A stretch of DNA of 64,000 nt from Phycisphaerae bacterium (lineage in GTDB: Bacteria; Planctomycetota; Phycisphaerae; UBA1845; Fen-1342): assembly GCA_963675745.2 (NCBI GenBank), contig CAXXWX010000026.1:448001-512000 (forward strand). Direction: 5' to 3'. A model generated the notes under the pieces. The model saw nothing but the letters and a program-made list of their open reading frames with translations. It was not told where the DNA came from and searched no databases. Both the position numbers and the translations under genes were made by a program. Positions 9,083 to 19,679 of the stretch are shown here, in pieces. The first letter of the stretch is position 1; each line of letters begins with the position of its first letter.

Positions 9083-10836
9083 TGACGACCGGATCGAAGA
9101 CACCCCGCCGCACGGGTCACACCAGGCGGCGTAGTCAGGTCTGGAAGGTGCTCGTTCTGTGGATGCTCGCGATGGCACCCTTGCTGCGCTGGGGGCTGCC
9201 GACCAGCCGGCACGACGATCTGCTCTTCGGCGGCCCGAGCTGGGAAGCTGAGCAATACGCGGTCGACGAGGCTCTCGCCGCGCTGCGCGCGCGTGATGCC
9301 GGCGCGGACACCGACCTCAACGCGCTCGAGCCGTCCGCCGAGTTGATCAACCTCACGGCGGACCACGCCGGCCGCGCGGAAATCCTCCAGCGCTACCGCC
9401 TCTACTCGCGCCAGCCTGATGAGATGATCACATTCAGAGCATTGCAGCGGATGGACCCACGCCGCTTCGATTTTGATCCCAAGCTCTATCAGTATGGCGG
9501 TGGCTACATCTATCTCGTTGCCGCCGCCCTGGTCACGACTGCGATGCTGGGGATAACACAGCTCAGCGGTGACATCGGGATCTATCTGCAAAGCCCGGAG
9601 CTGTTTGCGCGCTTTTACGTCGTCGCGCGGTGCATCTCGCTGGTTTTTGGCGCGCTGATGTTGCTGGCGGTATATAAGCTGGCCACGCGCGCCGCCGGCC
9701 GTGGCGCGGGATGGGTCGCGCTGATCCTGTGCGCCGCCACGCCGGTCTTCATCTCCGACGCTCTCGAAGCCAAGCCTCACCTGCCGTCGGCGTGCATGGC
9801 GCTGTGGGCCGCGTGGTTCGCGCTGCGCTATCATGACCGCATGCGCCGCCGTGACGCGGTTCTGCTCGGCCTGACCGCCGGGTACGCCGCGGCGCTGGTT
9901 CTCACGGGTGTGGTTGTCGCGGCCTCCTGGCCCCTGCTGCTGATCGCGCTCTGGAAACGGTGTACGCACGGCTCCGATCGGTCACGGCTCTTCGTTGACC
10001 TTGCGATCTCTGTGGCGATCGCCGTCGGTGTTTACGCCGCGGCCAATCCATACGTGATTGCGAACTTGCTCGCCGGCGGCGCGCTGGGCAGCAATATGGC
10101 CAACTCGACCGCCATGTACAACATCGGGCAGATCCCTGCCGGCCTGGCCACAGTGACCCGGCTGCTGCTGGAAGCCGGCGGGCTGGGGCTTCTCCTGGCG
10201 GGCCTCGCCGGTTTCATCATCCTGGTCTACCGCCATGGCTGGCAGACACTCATCGCGGCAAGCGGCGGCGCCGTGTTGCTGCTTATCTGCGTGCTGCTCG
10301 GAGCCGGCAAACCGGCCGAATTCGCGCGGTTCCTGCTGCTGCCCACAGCGTTGTTGACGGTGGCCTCCGCCGGCTTGCTAGCGATGCTCGCCCGGCGCAG
10401 TGTGATCGCGACTCTGCTGGTCACGCTGCTCATCGGCGGCAGCTTGCGCACATCGGCATACGTACACTCGTTCATCGCGGACGCCGGGGTTACCGGCGAG
10501 TCGCGCTACCTGGCCGCCCAGTACCTGAGCGCTGCGGTGCCCGCCGACGCGACAATCGGCGTGGTGCAGGTTCCGGCGCCGTACTCCGTCCCCCCGCTGG
10601 ATTTCGCTCATCGTCGCATCGTGCTGGTCCCATCAGGGGACATGTCTCCCGAGACGCGCGGAGAGCTTCCCGAATGGCTCGTGCTCACGGCGGACGACGC
10701 AACGCGCCACCAAGCCGCGCCCTGGAGAGACTCATACGAGCTGACGCGGCAATTCGCAGCCGCCGAGCATCAGCGCAGCCCGATCACCTGGGCCAACAAG
10801 CCGGTGTTCGTCTACAAACTGAAGAACTCGCAGTAG
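9079..10836 (+). CDS. GT-C fold glycosyltransferase (ArnT/PMT-like)
   Basis: N-terminal TM, PDE motif, F..ARCISLVFG, AKP, many TM helices, soluble C-terminus. Confidence 0.7.
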   Translation: MMTTGSKTPRRTGHTRRRSQVWKVLVLWMLAMAPLLRWGLPTSRHDDLLFGGPSWEAEQYAVDEALAALRARDAGADTDLNALEPSAELINLTADHAGRAEILQRYRLYSRQPDEMITFRALQRMDPRRFDFDPKLYQYGGGYIYLVAAALVTTAMLGITQLSGDIGIYLQSPELFARFYVVARCISLVFGALMLLAVYKLATRAAGRGAGWVALILCAATPVFISDALEAKPHLPSACMALWAAWFALRYHDRMRRRDAVLLGLTAGYAAALVLTGVVVAASWPLLLIALWKRCTHGSDRSRLFVDLAISVAIAVGVYAAANPYVIANLLAGGALGSNMANSTAMYNIGQIPAGLATVTRLLLEAGGLGLLLAGLAGFIILVYRHGWQTLIAASGGAVLLLICVLLGAGKPAEFARFLLLPTALLTVASAGLLAMLARRSVIATLLVTLLIGGSLRTSAYVHSFIADAGVTGESRYLAAQYLSAAVPADATIGVVQVPAPYSVPPLDFAHRRIVLVPSGDMSPETRGELPEWLVLTADDATRHQAAPWRDSYELTRQFAAAEHQRSPITWANKPVFVYKLKNSQ

Positions 10837-11373
10837 CTACGCCGGCGCGGGCGCTGTGGCGGCGTGCTCGCGATATGACTGGAGCAGAATCCGGTGGCGG
10901 CGCTTGTGGGCGCCGAAGCCGAGCGCATCCATCTCCTGTTCGGCGCTATGCGGGTCAAGGCCGTCGATATGGACGCGGTACAGCGCGCAGAACATCAGTG
11001 TGCGCTGCTGCCCAAGCCGGCAATGAACCAGAACGGGGCCGCGCGCCGGATCGCGGCATATATCGAGAAACTGCTCAACTTGCGCGCGGGTTGGTGGGTT
11101 CTTGTGGTTGCAGGGGATCGTCACGAACGCAACACCGGCGGCGTCGCAAGCGCGCCGTTCGTCAGCTTCCCACGCGTCTGGATCGTCACCGGCGCGCGCG
11201 CCGCGCAAGCTGACCACGGTCCGCAAGCCATAGCGCGTGATGAGCTGCTCGAGTTGCGCCGGCGTAGGCTGGCCACAGCGATAGAGCCGGCCTTCGGCAA
11301 CCGTGCCAAGATGCCGCATGCCGTCGAACGGTGCTTTGAACAGCCGGCGGATGAACCGCGGTACGTTCACCAA
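10837..11373 (-). CDS. Cys-based protein tyrosine/dual-specificity phosphatase
   Basis: LYRCGQP, PVLVHCRLGQQRT (CX5R intact). Confidence 0.85.
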   Translation of the reverse strand: MVNVPRFIRRLFKAPFDGMRHLGTVAEGRLYRCGQPTPAQLEQLITRYGLRTVVSLRGARAGDDPDAWEADERRACDAAGVAFVTIPCNHKNPPTRAQVEQFLDICRDPARGPVLVHCRLGQQRTLMFCALYRVHIDGLDPHSAEQEMDALGFGAHKRRHRILLQSYREHAATAPAPA

Positions 11374-11414
11374 TGTGTCCTCCAGGCCGCCCGAGTCGCG
11401 GCGCGGCCCGGGGA

Positions 11415-12629
11415 CTAGCGGGACACAACCACGCGGAACGAGGTCTGGCCTTCGGCGACCTTCTGCCCCAGTTTATCCTTGATTGAGACATTTACCACAT
11501 ACTCGCCCGGACTCAACGTACCCGGCAGGTGTACCTCGCGCGCGATGAAGAAGTCGCTGCGCCGGCGGCGGCAACTGTCGGTGATGTCATTGTCCTTCAA
11601 CTCAACGACCGTGTCGCCCGCACGCGTCAGGACAGTGGTGGACATGGCCAGCTCACTGTGTACCAGGCCGTCGTCGCGCGCTTCGCTTACGAGATTGTCG
11701 ACCTCACAGTACGTGGCGAACGCAATCGGCGCCCCGCCGGTGAACTCGGGCGGATCATAAGGAACGTAGCTGCCAAACCCGTTCACGCGCCGACACAGCA
11801 CCAACGCCGGGATTGACAGTTCGCTGGTCTCACGCAGCGTGTCCAGCAGTGGCTCGATCTCCTCCAACGCGCGCGTGGAGCCCTCAGGCCAGTTGCCCTG
11901 ATGCGCCTCGCGCACGGCAATCTGCACGTCAATCAGCCGGCGGGCAAGTTCCTGTTGCTCCGCCGTGACCATTTGCAGCGGCTCGCGTGCCCCGCTGTAG
12001 TCACCGGCCAGCACCCGCGCCACACGCAGGTCGTACTGCGCGCGAAACGACTCATCGGTGTCCGCGCTGAAGTATTTTTCCAGCATCTCATCGAGCGATG
12101 CCGGCGGCAGCGCTGCAAACGCACCCTCGTTGGCACTCGCGTCCGGCGTGCGCTCGTTCGACGCGGCGGGCAACGGACCGATCGCACCGTTCACCGACAG
12201 CCCGACCAGCATGGGAGCCTCGGTCGCGGCGGTGGCGGCCGGCGGATCGTCCTCAATCACCAGTGCCGGGTCAGGAGTGGCAGCCGTCGCGCCACCATCA
12301 TCGGACGGAGCCGGGGGCACGATCGGACGCCGTGCGGACACCACCGGCGGCGGCCAGAAATCCGGTTCGCTATTGGGCTGCTGCGCCGCCCCATTCACGT
12401 TGTCGACATATTCGAGGACCAGTTGGTCCTCGGCCGACAACTGTGTTGCCGAATCGTCATCCGCCGGCGTCAGCTCATTGGCGGCGTGAACAGGCGCGGG
12501 GGACGATGATTCGCCCGATGAATCGGATCGGGCGTCGACCCCACCACTTCTCCAACCGAACAATTCGCACCCGGTTGCACTCAGCAACGCGAGCACACAC
12601 AGGACCACCAGGCACTTTCGCGCATCCAT
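11415..12629 (-). CDS. Hypothetical lipoprotein with C-terminal beta-sandwich-like domain
   Basis: Lipobox-like SATGC after a hydrophobic stretch; low-complexity middle; LCRRVNGFGSY...PGEYVVNVSIKD C-terminus. Confidence 0.7.
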   Translation of the reverse strand: MDARKCLVVLCVLALLSATGCELFGWRSGGVDARSDSSGESSSPAPVHAANELTPADDDSATQLSAEDQLVLEYVDNVNGAAQQPNSEPDFWPPPVVSARRPIVPPAPSDDGGATAATPDPALVIEDDPPAATAATEAPMLVGLSVNGAIGPLPAASNERTPDASANEGAFAALPPASLDEMLEKYFSADTDESFRAQYDLRVARVLAGDYSGAREPLQMVTAEQQELARRLIDVQIAVREAHQGNWPEGSTRALEEIEPLLDTLRETSELSIPALVLCRRVNGFGSYVPYDPPEFTGGAPIAFATYCEVDNLVSEARDDGLVHSELAMSTTVLTRAGDTVVELKDNDITDSCRRRRSDFFIAREVHLPGTLSPGEYVVNVSIKDKLGQKVAEGQTSFRVVVSR

Positions 12630-12677
12630 GCGGCACACTCCGGATCCATCCGCCCCCCGGTCCCCGCCCGCCTGTCT

Positions 12678-13679
12678 TCAGCCGGCATCCTCCGCCAGGT
12701 CGATCAAGACGCCCTCGACGCCTGTTTCTATCGACCGCGCGCCGGTCTTGGCTTGTGCATCGAGGTCGGCGAGCACGCCCAGCATGCGCGTCAGCCTTTG
12801 AAAGGACATTCGGCGCAGGATGGTCCGCAGCGCATCCACTTTGCCATACATTCCCACCTTGGGAGCGATGTCTTTGGGCGTCATTCCGGCGTGGTTCAAG
12901 CGCTGCGCATTGAGCCAGCTACGCAGTTTGTAAGCCATCCCGCCTACCGCACGGTACACGGCGTCCTTATCGGTCGTCAGCACCTGATGCCACAGCCGTA
13001 GAGCGTCGGCCAGGTGCCCCTCGGCCGCGGCGTCCATGGCCGCAAACACCTTCTCCTCGCGCGACTGGCCCACCAACTCGTCAACGTCCCGGGACGTGAT
13101 TTCCGAGCGTTCGCCGACGTACAGGCACAGTTTTTCAACCTCGCCAGCGAGCATGCCCTGTTCCTGGCCGACCAGGGCAACCAGCTTATCCGCCGTGGAG
13201 CGATCGATGCGTTTCTGCGCGGCACGCGCCTCGGTGGCGACAAATCCGGCCAACTCCGACGCGTAGAGCTTCTTGCACTCATGGATCTGGCCACCGGCAA
13301 CCTGGGCGGCCTTGTACAGCTTCGTGTTTCGCGGAAAGCTCCGGCACTCCATGATCAATGCCGCGGTCGGCGGTGGCGCGGCGAGCCAGCGTTCGAGCTT
13401 TTCCCGCGCGGCCGTGATGAAGCGATCAGCCGACCGAACCACGACGACCCGCCGATCCGCAAGGAACGGCAAGGTCGCCAGATCATCGGCGATCGCCGCG
13501 AATGTCGGGCCGCCCTGCTCGTCCGGCAGCGTGCCGTCGTATTCGCTGAGCACCATGGCGCGATCGATCTCGGGCGGCAAGAGGGCGTCGAGCGTTCGCT
13601 GGACAACGGCCTGTTTCTGGTATTCCTCTTCGCCAAACACGACGACGATCGGCGGGACTTTGGTTTTCGCTGTTGGCAT
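12678..13679 (-). CDS. holA: DNA polymerase III subunit delta
   Basis: VFGEEEY, LATLPFLADRRVVVV, GEVEKLCLY, ADLDAQAKTG. Confidence 0.9.
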   Translation of the reverse strand: MPTAKTKVPPIVVVFGEEEYQKQAVVQRTLDALLPPEIDRAMVLSEYDGTLPDEQGGPTFAAIADDLATLPFLADRRVVVVRSADRFITAAREKLERWLAAPPPTAALIMECRSFPRNTKLYKAAQVAGGQIHECKKLYASELAGFVATEARAAQKRIDRSTADKLVALVGQEQGMLAGEVEKLCLYVGERSEITSRDVDELVGQSREEKVFAAMDAAAEGHLADALRLWHQVLTTDKDAVYRAVGGMAYKLRSWLNAQRLNHAGMTPKDIAPKVGMYGKVDALRTILRRMSFQRLTRMLGVLADLDAQAKTGARSIETGVEGVLIDLAEDAG

Positions 13680-14939
13680 CTATGGCACGGAGGCGGAGAG
13701 CCGGCGGTCGCCATCGGGCGCGAAGAGCTTCAAGCGCTCGGCGACCTTGGCTCGGATGTCATCTTCCTCGTCCGTCACCTCGCCGGCCTTCTGCCAGGCA
13801 CTGATCGCCCGTGACAGGTTGCCCAACCGGTGTTCCATGTCACCGTAGTGCAGCCATGTCCTTCCGGACTCGGGCGCCTGGCGCAACAGCCGCTCAAGGT
13901 GCTCACGAGCCTCAGGGTAACGCCTCTGCGTGGCCGCGACCAGTGCCAGCCCTTCGATCGCGGCCTGGTTGGTCGGTTCGGCTTTCAGGGCGGCCTCAAA
14001 GTAACCCCGGGCATCGCCGGTCCGCTGTGTTCGATACACCACTTCCCCCAACGCCACCAGCACGTCGGGGTCGCCGGGAGCCAATCGCAACGCGTCTTTC
14101 AGTCGCGCCTCGGCGAGCGAGTAGCGACCTTCGCCGACATACTGCTCGGCCGACCGCCTGAGTGCCGCAACACGTGGCAGATCGCTCAGCGAGACTGTTG
14201 GCGGTGTGGCGGCCGCAGCCGCGGGCTCCGCCTGATCGGCCTTGCCGGCGAGTGGCTTGTCGTCATGATCGGCCACGCCCGGATCGGCGGGCAACGCCGG
14301 CGGCGCAAGGCGGAGGGTGCGAATCTCGCCGGTGGCGCGATTGCCGGCCAGGTCGGTTACGAGCAAGCGAATCTGGAGCTCTGTGCAGTCCGTCCGTGGC
14401 AGGGGCCACTCAGCGACGTCATCGCGAACCGTGATGCTGCCCCCGTCCAACCATACGGCCGTCGGAAAGGTCCTATAAAACAGTCGTACGCCATCCCCGT
14501 GCAGGTGTTCATCGATCAGTGTCACGTGCAAACGCAGGACCGACACGCCCAGGTCGGTCTTCCCCGACTCCACGCGGTGCAACTGAAGCAGCGGCGCGAT
14601 GGTATCAACGACCACGACGCTCTGTGGCTTGCTGCCCACCGTCGGGGGCGCGCCCGAGATGCCGGCCTCGTTCGCCAGAACCACGTAGAACCCGTAGCGA
14701 CCGTCAGCGGGCGCCTGGAATCGCACGCAGCCACGCTGGCTCGTGTCGGCCTGCACGTCACGCATCCAGGTGCGGCCGCGATCGGTCGTCAGCCACAGCC
14801 GTACATCGGTCACGCTGGCGGCGTTGGCCGTACGATAGGTCAGGACCACATCGTTGGAGTTGACGAAGCGCGGCGTCTCGGCGCCGGCCACGGCAACGCT
14901 CAACGCCGCGAATAGCAGCAGGTGGGCAGGTCTCGCCAT
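13680..14939 (-). CDS. Secreted TPR protein with N-terminal Ig-like domains
   Basis: Signal peptide MARPAHLLLFAALSVAVAGA; DGRYGF and VTDLAGN beta-domain motifs; C-terminal TPRs. Confidence 0.75.
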   Translation of the reverse strand: MARPAHLLLFAALSVAVAGAETPRFVNSNDVVLTYRTANAASVTDVRLWLTTDRGRTWMRDVQADTSQRGCVRFQAPADGRYGFYVVLANEAGISGAPPTVGSKPQSVVVVDTIAPLLQLHRVESGKTDLGVSVLRLHVTLIDEHLHGDGVRLFYRTFPTAVWLDGGSITVRDDVAEWPLPRTDCTELQIRLLVTDLAGNRATGEIRTLRLAPPALPADPGVADHDDKPLAGKADQAEPAAAAATPPTVSLSDLPRVAALRRSAEQYVGEGRYSLAEARLKDALRLAPGDPDVLVALGEVVYRTQRTGDARGYFEAALKAEPTNQAAIEGLALVAATQRRYPEAREHLERLLRQAPESGRTWLHYGDMEHRLGNLSRAISAWQKAGEVTDEEDDIRAKVAERLKLFAPDGDRRLSASVP

Positions 14940-15204
14940 CCTTGGCAGTCTCCGTGTCCTACACGTTGGGTATCGGAGACTGGTGCCCCGCGAGCACCGT
15001 TGCGTGCGCCCCTTCGCGCGGCCCATGCGCCCACCCGATAACACATCCGGCGGCAGTGCGGCCGGGGCCGCGTTTTTCGGGCCGCCAGCGGGTAGGATGC
15101 GCAAGAACCGACAGTACCAATCGCCCGGCCGTCGGAGCACCAGGCGCGATTGTGGCACAATCCGATTGTGGCCCACGGCAGCCGGGAACTTAAGCGGCGG
15201 GAGT

Positions 15205-16467
15205 ATGCACGGTATGACGCCAAACAACGACATTCAACAGGCGGTTGACGCGATCCAGGTGGTCGACACGCACGAGCACCTCGAAGAGGAATCACGTCGG
15301 CTCAAGCGCACGATCGACTTCGCCACGTTGTTTGAGCAATACGCCTCGGACGATTTGCGCTCGGCGGGCATGACGGAGCGCGAGCGCGAGCGCTGGCTGG
15401 CGCCCGATACGTCGCTCGACGAGAAATGGCGATTGTTTGAACCTCACTACCGTGCGGCACGCAACACGGCTTACTTCCGGGCCGTCGAGATTGCGGTCCG
15501 CGACCTGTACGGAATCGACCGCATCGCCGTCGATACGATCAGGCCGCTGTCCGAGCGTATCGCGCAGCGCAATCGTCCCGGCGTGCTGAAGTGGATTCTG
15601 CGCGAGCAGGCGAACATCGCGCTATCACAGGTGAACGCGGACGAGATCTTTATCCGCGAGGAGACAGATCGCGAGATATTCCGCCAGGATCTTTCGGTCG
15701 TCGCGCTGCTGGGCTGGCCGATTCCATTTGCGGAGCTGGAGCAGGCGGTGAATACGGCCGTCAAGAGCCTGCGCGGATATGGCGCGGCAATCGACGCCGT
15801 GTTCGCGCGCTACGCGCCGCAAGCCAGCGCGGTCAAGCAACAGAGCGCCTATTGGCGCATCCAGCGGTTTGACGACGTTTCAGATGTGACCGCCGAACGC
15901 GTGTTTGACCAGGCAATCCGCGATCCCGAGGCGGTCAGCGCGGATGACCGCAAGGCGCTGCAGGATTGGAGTTTTCACCGCTGCATCCGCAACGCGATCG
16001 AGCACAAGCTGCCCGTCAAGATCCACACCGGCTATCGGGCGGGTGTTAACAACATGGTGATGGAGGAAATCCGCGCGGCGCACCTGGTCAACCTGTTCAT
16101 GCAATATCCCGAGGCGAAGTTCGACCTCTTTCACATCGCGTATCCCGATACGTCGGAAGCCGTCGCGCTGGCCAAGCACTTCACCAATGTGTACGTGGAC
16201 ATGTGCTGGGCGTGGATCATTGACCTGGCGGCGGCGCGGCAGTTCCTGCGTCAGTTCCTGACCGCCGTCCCGGCCAACAAGCTTTTCGCCTTCGGCGGCG
16301 ATTTCACCGTCGCCGAGCCGGTATACGGGCATCTGCGTCTGGCGCGCGACGGCATCGCTCGTGTGCTGAGCGAGTTTGTCGAGGAGGGGTATTTGAACAT
16401 CAACGACGCAATCGAGATCGCCCAGCGCATTCTGCGTGAGAATGCGCTCGAGGTCTTTGGGGACTGA
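15205..16467 (+). CDS. Amidohydrolase-superfamily metal-dependent hydrolase
   Basis: VDTHEH, KIHTG, FHIAYP, NVYVDMCWAW, FGGD. Confidence 0.85.
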   Translation: MHGMTPNNDIQQAVDAIQVVDTHEHLEEESRRLKRTIDFATLFEQYASDDLRSAGMTERERERWLAPDTSLDEKWRLFEPHYRAARNTAYFRAVEIAVRDLYGIDRIAVDTIRPLSERIAQRNRPGVLKWILREQANIALSQVNADEIFIREETDREIFRQDLSVVALLGWPIPFAELEQAVNTAVKSLRGYGAAIDAVFARYAPQASAVKQQSAYWRIQRFDDVSDVTAERVFDQAIRDPEAVSADDRKALQDWSFHRCIRNAIEHKLPVKIHTGYRAGVNNMVMEEIRAAHLVNLFMQYPEAKFDLFHIAYPDTSEAVALAKHFTNVYVDMCWAWIIDLAAARQFLRQFLTAVPANKLFAFGGDFTVAEPVYGHLRLARDGIARVLSEFVEEGYLNINDAIEIAQRILRENALEVFGD

Positions 16468-16502
16468 CGCCGCGCAGGAGTGCCTCCGCGGCGCCGGTCG
16501 CG

Positions 16503-17468
16503 TCAACGCACGGTGTTGGGCGGCTCTTTTCCGTTGAGCACGGCGAGCACGTTTTCCGCCGCCATCGCTGACATCTTCTCGCGCGTCGCCGTCGTGGCAC
16601 TGCCCAGGTGCGGCAGCAGCACGGTGTTTGGCAGGTCGGCGAGGCCCGCGTACACACGCGGCTCATCTTCGTAAACATCAAGACCGGCCGCCGCGATTTC
16701 ACCGTCCCGCAGAGCGGCGGCCAGGGCGGCCTCGTCCACGATCGGGCCACGCGCCGTGTTGACCAGAATCGCCGTCGGCTTCATCAGCGCAAGCGCGGCC
16801 GAGTCGATCAGGTGGTGGTTCTCGGGCGCCATCGGCATGTGCAGAGACACAACATCGGATTCGCGCAACAACTCGTCGAGTTCAACCCGCCGGGCGCCGC
16901 ACCGCGTCTCGATCTGTTCATTGCGCCGGGGGTCGACGTAAACCACGCGCATGTTGAAGCCGACCGAACGCAGCGCGGTGGCCGTACCAATGCGCCCGGC
17001 CCCCACGATGCCGAGTGTGGCGCCGCTGAGTTGCAGACCGAGCAGTTGCGTGGGACACCAGCCGGGCCAGTCGCCGGCGCGCATAACGCGATCCCCGGCG
17101 GGTACGTGGCGCGCGGCGGCGAGGATCAGTGTCCAGGCCAGATCAGCGGTGGCATCGGTCAGCACACCGGGCGTGTTACTGACCTGTACGCCACGCCGCG
17201 CACACGCCGCGATGTCGATGTTGTCGAATCCAACGGCGTAATTGGCGACGATCTTCAACCCCGCGCCGGCGGCTTCGAGGAAACTCTCATCCACCCGATC
17301 GCTGAGCATGGTGATCACGCCGACGGCACCCCCTACGCGCGCGAGCGCGTCGGCGCGCGGCAGCGGCCAATCGGTGGCGAACTCGTCAACGCTGACGCCG
17401 GCTTCCGCGAGCATTGTGGCCGCGGGCGGCGGCATGCGGCGTGTGATGACAACGCGCTGAGGTGACAT
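16503..17468 (-). CDS. D-glycerate dehydrogenase/glyoxylate reductase
   Basis: NYAVGFDNID, NTPGVLTDATAD, GAGRIG, NTARG, LDVYEDEP, PHLGSAT. Confidence 0.92.
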   Translation of the reverse strand: MSPQRVVITRRMPPPAATMLAEAGVSVDEFATDWPLPRADALARVGGAVGVITMLSDRVDESFLEAAGAGLKIVANYAVGFDNIDIAACARRGVQVSNTPGVLTDATADLAWTLILAAARHVPAGDRVMRAGDWPGWCPTQLLGLQLSGATLGIVGAGRIGTATALRSVGFNMRVVYVDPRRNEQIETRCGARRVELDELLRESDVVSLHMPMAPENHHLIDSAALALMKPTAILVNTARGPIVDEAALAAALRDGEIAAAGLDVYEDEPRVYAGLADLPNTVLLPHLGSATTATREKMSAMAAENVLAVLNGKEPPNTVR

Positions 17469-17487
17469 GGACAGACGTTTCCTCTAC

Positions 17488-17606
17488 GTGGCGGCCGACC
17501 CAGGTGGCGGCCGTCATTGCCCAGGTTGCAACTGTGCGCCACGGTTCTATGAGCCACGTATGGGCTCACGCGTAAACAGAGCACGGCTCACAGAGCCGTG
17601 GCACAC
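17488..17606. repeat. REP cluster: class B variant plus class E inverted doublet
   Basis: gtggcggccgacccaggtggcggccg (17488-17513); gtgcgccacggttctatgagcc... (17534) inverted to cacggctcacagagccgtggcacac (17582-17606). Confidence 0.6.
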
Positions 17607-17631
17607 GTTGAAGATGTCCACCACACGGGGG

Positions 17632-18189
17632 CTACTTGGTCTTGAAGTAGATCTGGCAGCTCTCGCTCTGGTCGGCGGAGACGGTGAACACCAACAGGTA
17701 TTCGACGCCCGGCCTGAACTCGACACTGCTGACTTCGTTGTCCTTCTTGTCGAGGATCTTGAACTGGCCGCCGAGATTGCCCAAGTCGTAGTCAACGCCG
17801 GGCTTCATGTTCTGCTCGGCGTCATTCATGCCGCGCGGGAAGATCGTGTAGTCGGGCAGATCAGAGAAATCCGCCTCGAACTTCTGGTGGACCTGCATGG
17901 TGACGTGCTTGATGAATCCGAACTTCTTGGGCTCGATGATCTCATACTTGAAGGTCGGCGAACCGGTCACGCTTTCGCCAATCTCAAATGGAGAATAGCC
18001 CATGATTCCCTTGCGGAGTGTGTTCTGCTTGGCCTGCTTGCCGTCGAGGAAGATCCGCAGGTTGGTGTCTTTGCGCGTCAGATTCTTGCCAATGCCAAAG
18101 GCCGACCAGCCGGCGCTCGAGGCGCTGCAAGCGGACAGAAACAGGAGAGCCGAGGCACCGACGGTAAGGCCAACGAGTGCGCGTTTCAT
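17632..18189 (-). CDS. Hypothetical Lys-rich lipoprotein
   Basis: MKRALVGLTVGASALLFLSAC lipobox; strongly GC3-biased codons. Confidence 0.75.
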   Translation of the reverse strand: MKRALVGLTVGASALLFLSACSASSAGWSAFGIGKNLTRKDTNLRIFLDGKQAKQNTLRKGIMGYSPFEIGESVTGSPTFKYEIIEPKKFGFIKHVTMQVHQKFEADFSDLPDYTIFPRGMNDAEQNMKPGVDYDLGNLGGQFKILDKKDNEVSSVEFRPGVEYLLVFTVSADQSESCQIYFKTK

Positions 18190-18330
18190 AGCAGTTTTTC
18201 CCTTCGTATTGGTGTTTAGTACCACGAACCGACAGTCCGACTGGTTGGCACCAAGCCAGACCACGCCATCAACGAGGTAGTTTAGCGTGCGGGCGGCAAG
18301 CGACAAGCGCGCCGTCCGCGTCGCGTGCGG

Positions 18331-19560
18331 CTATGCCCAACCGGCGCGCTCGACGTCGCGCGCCACGGCGGCGGTGTGCGCCAGCAACGCCGCTGCCGCA
18401 TCGGACAGATCGAGATCGCGCCGATCCATCACAACCCGCGCAATGGTGATAGCCTTGTCCAGTCGATACTGCGTCATGCCGCCATCCGCGAGCCAGGCGA
18501 AGGACGGTACAAACTTCGGGACCGCGGTCTGCGGGAACACGTTGGACGCCACCCCCACCACGCACCCGGTCGGCAGAATCGTGCCGATACCGGTTTTTGA
18601 GTGATCGCCGATCATCGCGCCGATCAGGCACTCGGCCGTCTCCACCCCCTTGCCGTTCAGGAAGACGCGAATCGGGCCGTAGGTGTTCTTGAGATCACTG
18701 GTGATGGTATCGGCGCCGATGTTCACCCACTCGGCAAGGTAGCTGTGACCGAGGAACCCGTCATGCTGCTTGTTGCTGTAGCCGTGAATTATGCTGGCCT
18801 CGACCTCGCCACCCACGCGACAGACCGGCCCGATGGTCGTGCCCGCGCGAATCACCGCACCCGGTCGCACGATCGACTGCGGCCCAACGTAGCATGGCCC
18901 CTCGATCACGGCGTTGGGCAGAATGAGCGCCTCCCGATCGATCCAGATCGGCCCGTTCTCGGCGTCGAGCACAGCGCCCGGCTTGACCAACGCTGAGGCG
19001 GCGACGTGAATCTGACGATCGCTGAGCAGATGCGCCCCCGGATAGACGGTCCCGTCGATCACGCCGCCATCGCGGCACTGACGGGCGAGCTCGGCCTCGT
19101 TCGCCAGCGCGAGCTGCCACGGATATTCGATCAGCCGGATGCCGGCCGGCGGACGCTCGAGCCTGTAAACCTCGAGCCATTGCCCGAGTCGCGCCGCATC
19201 CAGGAACAGGTCGGCCGTCAGCGTCGTTGCCACCTCTCCGGGGATGCTGAGCGCGATCAGATGCCCGTTCTCACGCCAGCCCGTGCCGACCGGCGGCGGT
19301 TGCAGGTCGCTCGTGACGAACGCACGCGCGTTGATCAGGCACCAGTCGGCCGCCGGCGACGGACTAGGTAGTTCGTGGCGTTCGGCGAGCACCGCGGACA
19401 GTTCGGGGCGCGTCAGCAACCGGACGACCCGGCCCGGCAGATTGTCGGTAATCTTGTCGATCAGGCGATCGCGACCGCAGCACAGCTCGCACGCCGGCCG
19501 CAGCCAGGTCAGTGGCAGCAGTTGTTGGTAGCCGTCATCCTCGAAAAGCGCGATGTTCAT
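18331..19560 (-). CDS. GlmU-like putative sugar nucleotidyltransferase with hexapeptide repeats
   Basis: LLPLTWLRPACELCCG, LDAENGPIWID, NKQHDGFLGHSYLAEWVNIGA, SDLKNTYG. Confidence 0.85.
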   Translation of the reverse strand: MNIALFEDDGYQQLLPLTWLRPACELCCGRDRLIDKITDNLPGRVVRLLTRPELSAVLAERHELPSPSPAADWCLINARAFVTSDLQPPPVGTGWRENGHLIALSIPGEVATTLTADLFLDAARLGQWLEVYRLERPPAGIRLIEYPWQLALANEAELARQCRDGGVIDGTVYPGAHLLSDRQIHVAASALVKPGAVLDAENGPIWIDREALILPNAVIEGPCYVGPQSIVRPGAVIRAGTTIGPVCRVGGEVEASIIHGYSNKQHDGFLGHSYLAEWVNIGADTITSDLKNTYGPIRVFLNGKGVETAECLIGAMIGDHSKTGIGTILPTGCVVGVASNVFPQTAVPKFVPSFAWLADGGMTQYRLDKAITIARVVMDRRDLDLSDAAAALLAHTAAVARDVERAGWA

Positions 19561-19679
19561 CACGTACCTCTCGGTTCGCCGCCGCGCGGCCGCCGCGGGG
19601 GGTGATGGCGACGTTTCCGCGCGGCCCCTGCCAGACAAGAGTGTCGCCACCATCGTAGCGGCACGCTAAACTCACGACC

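Noticed and set aside
10833..10840. GTAGCTAC palindrome where two convergent stops abut
   Set aside because: Explained simply by adjacent TAG stops on opposite strands
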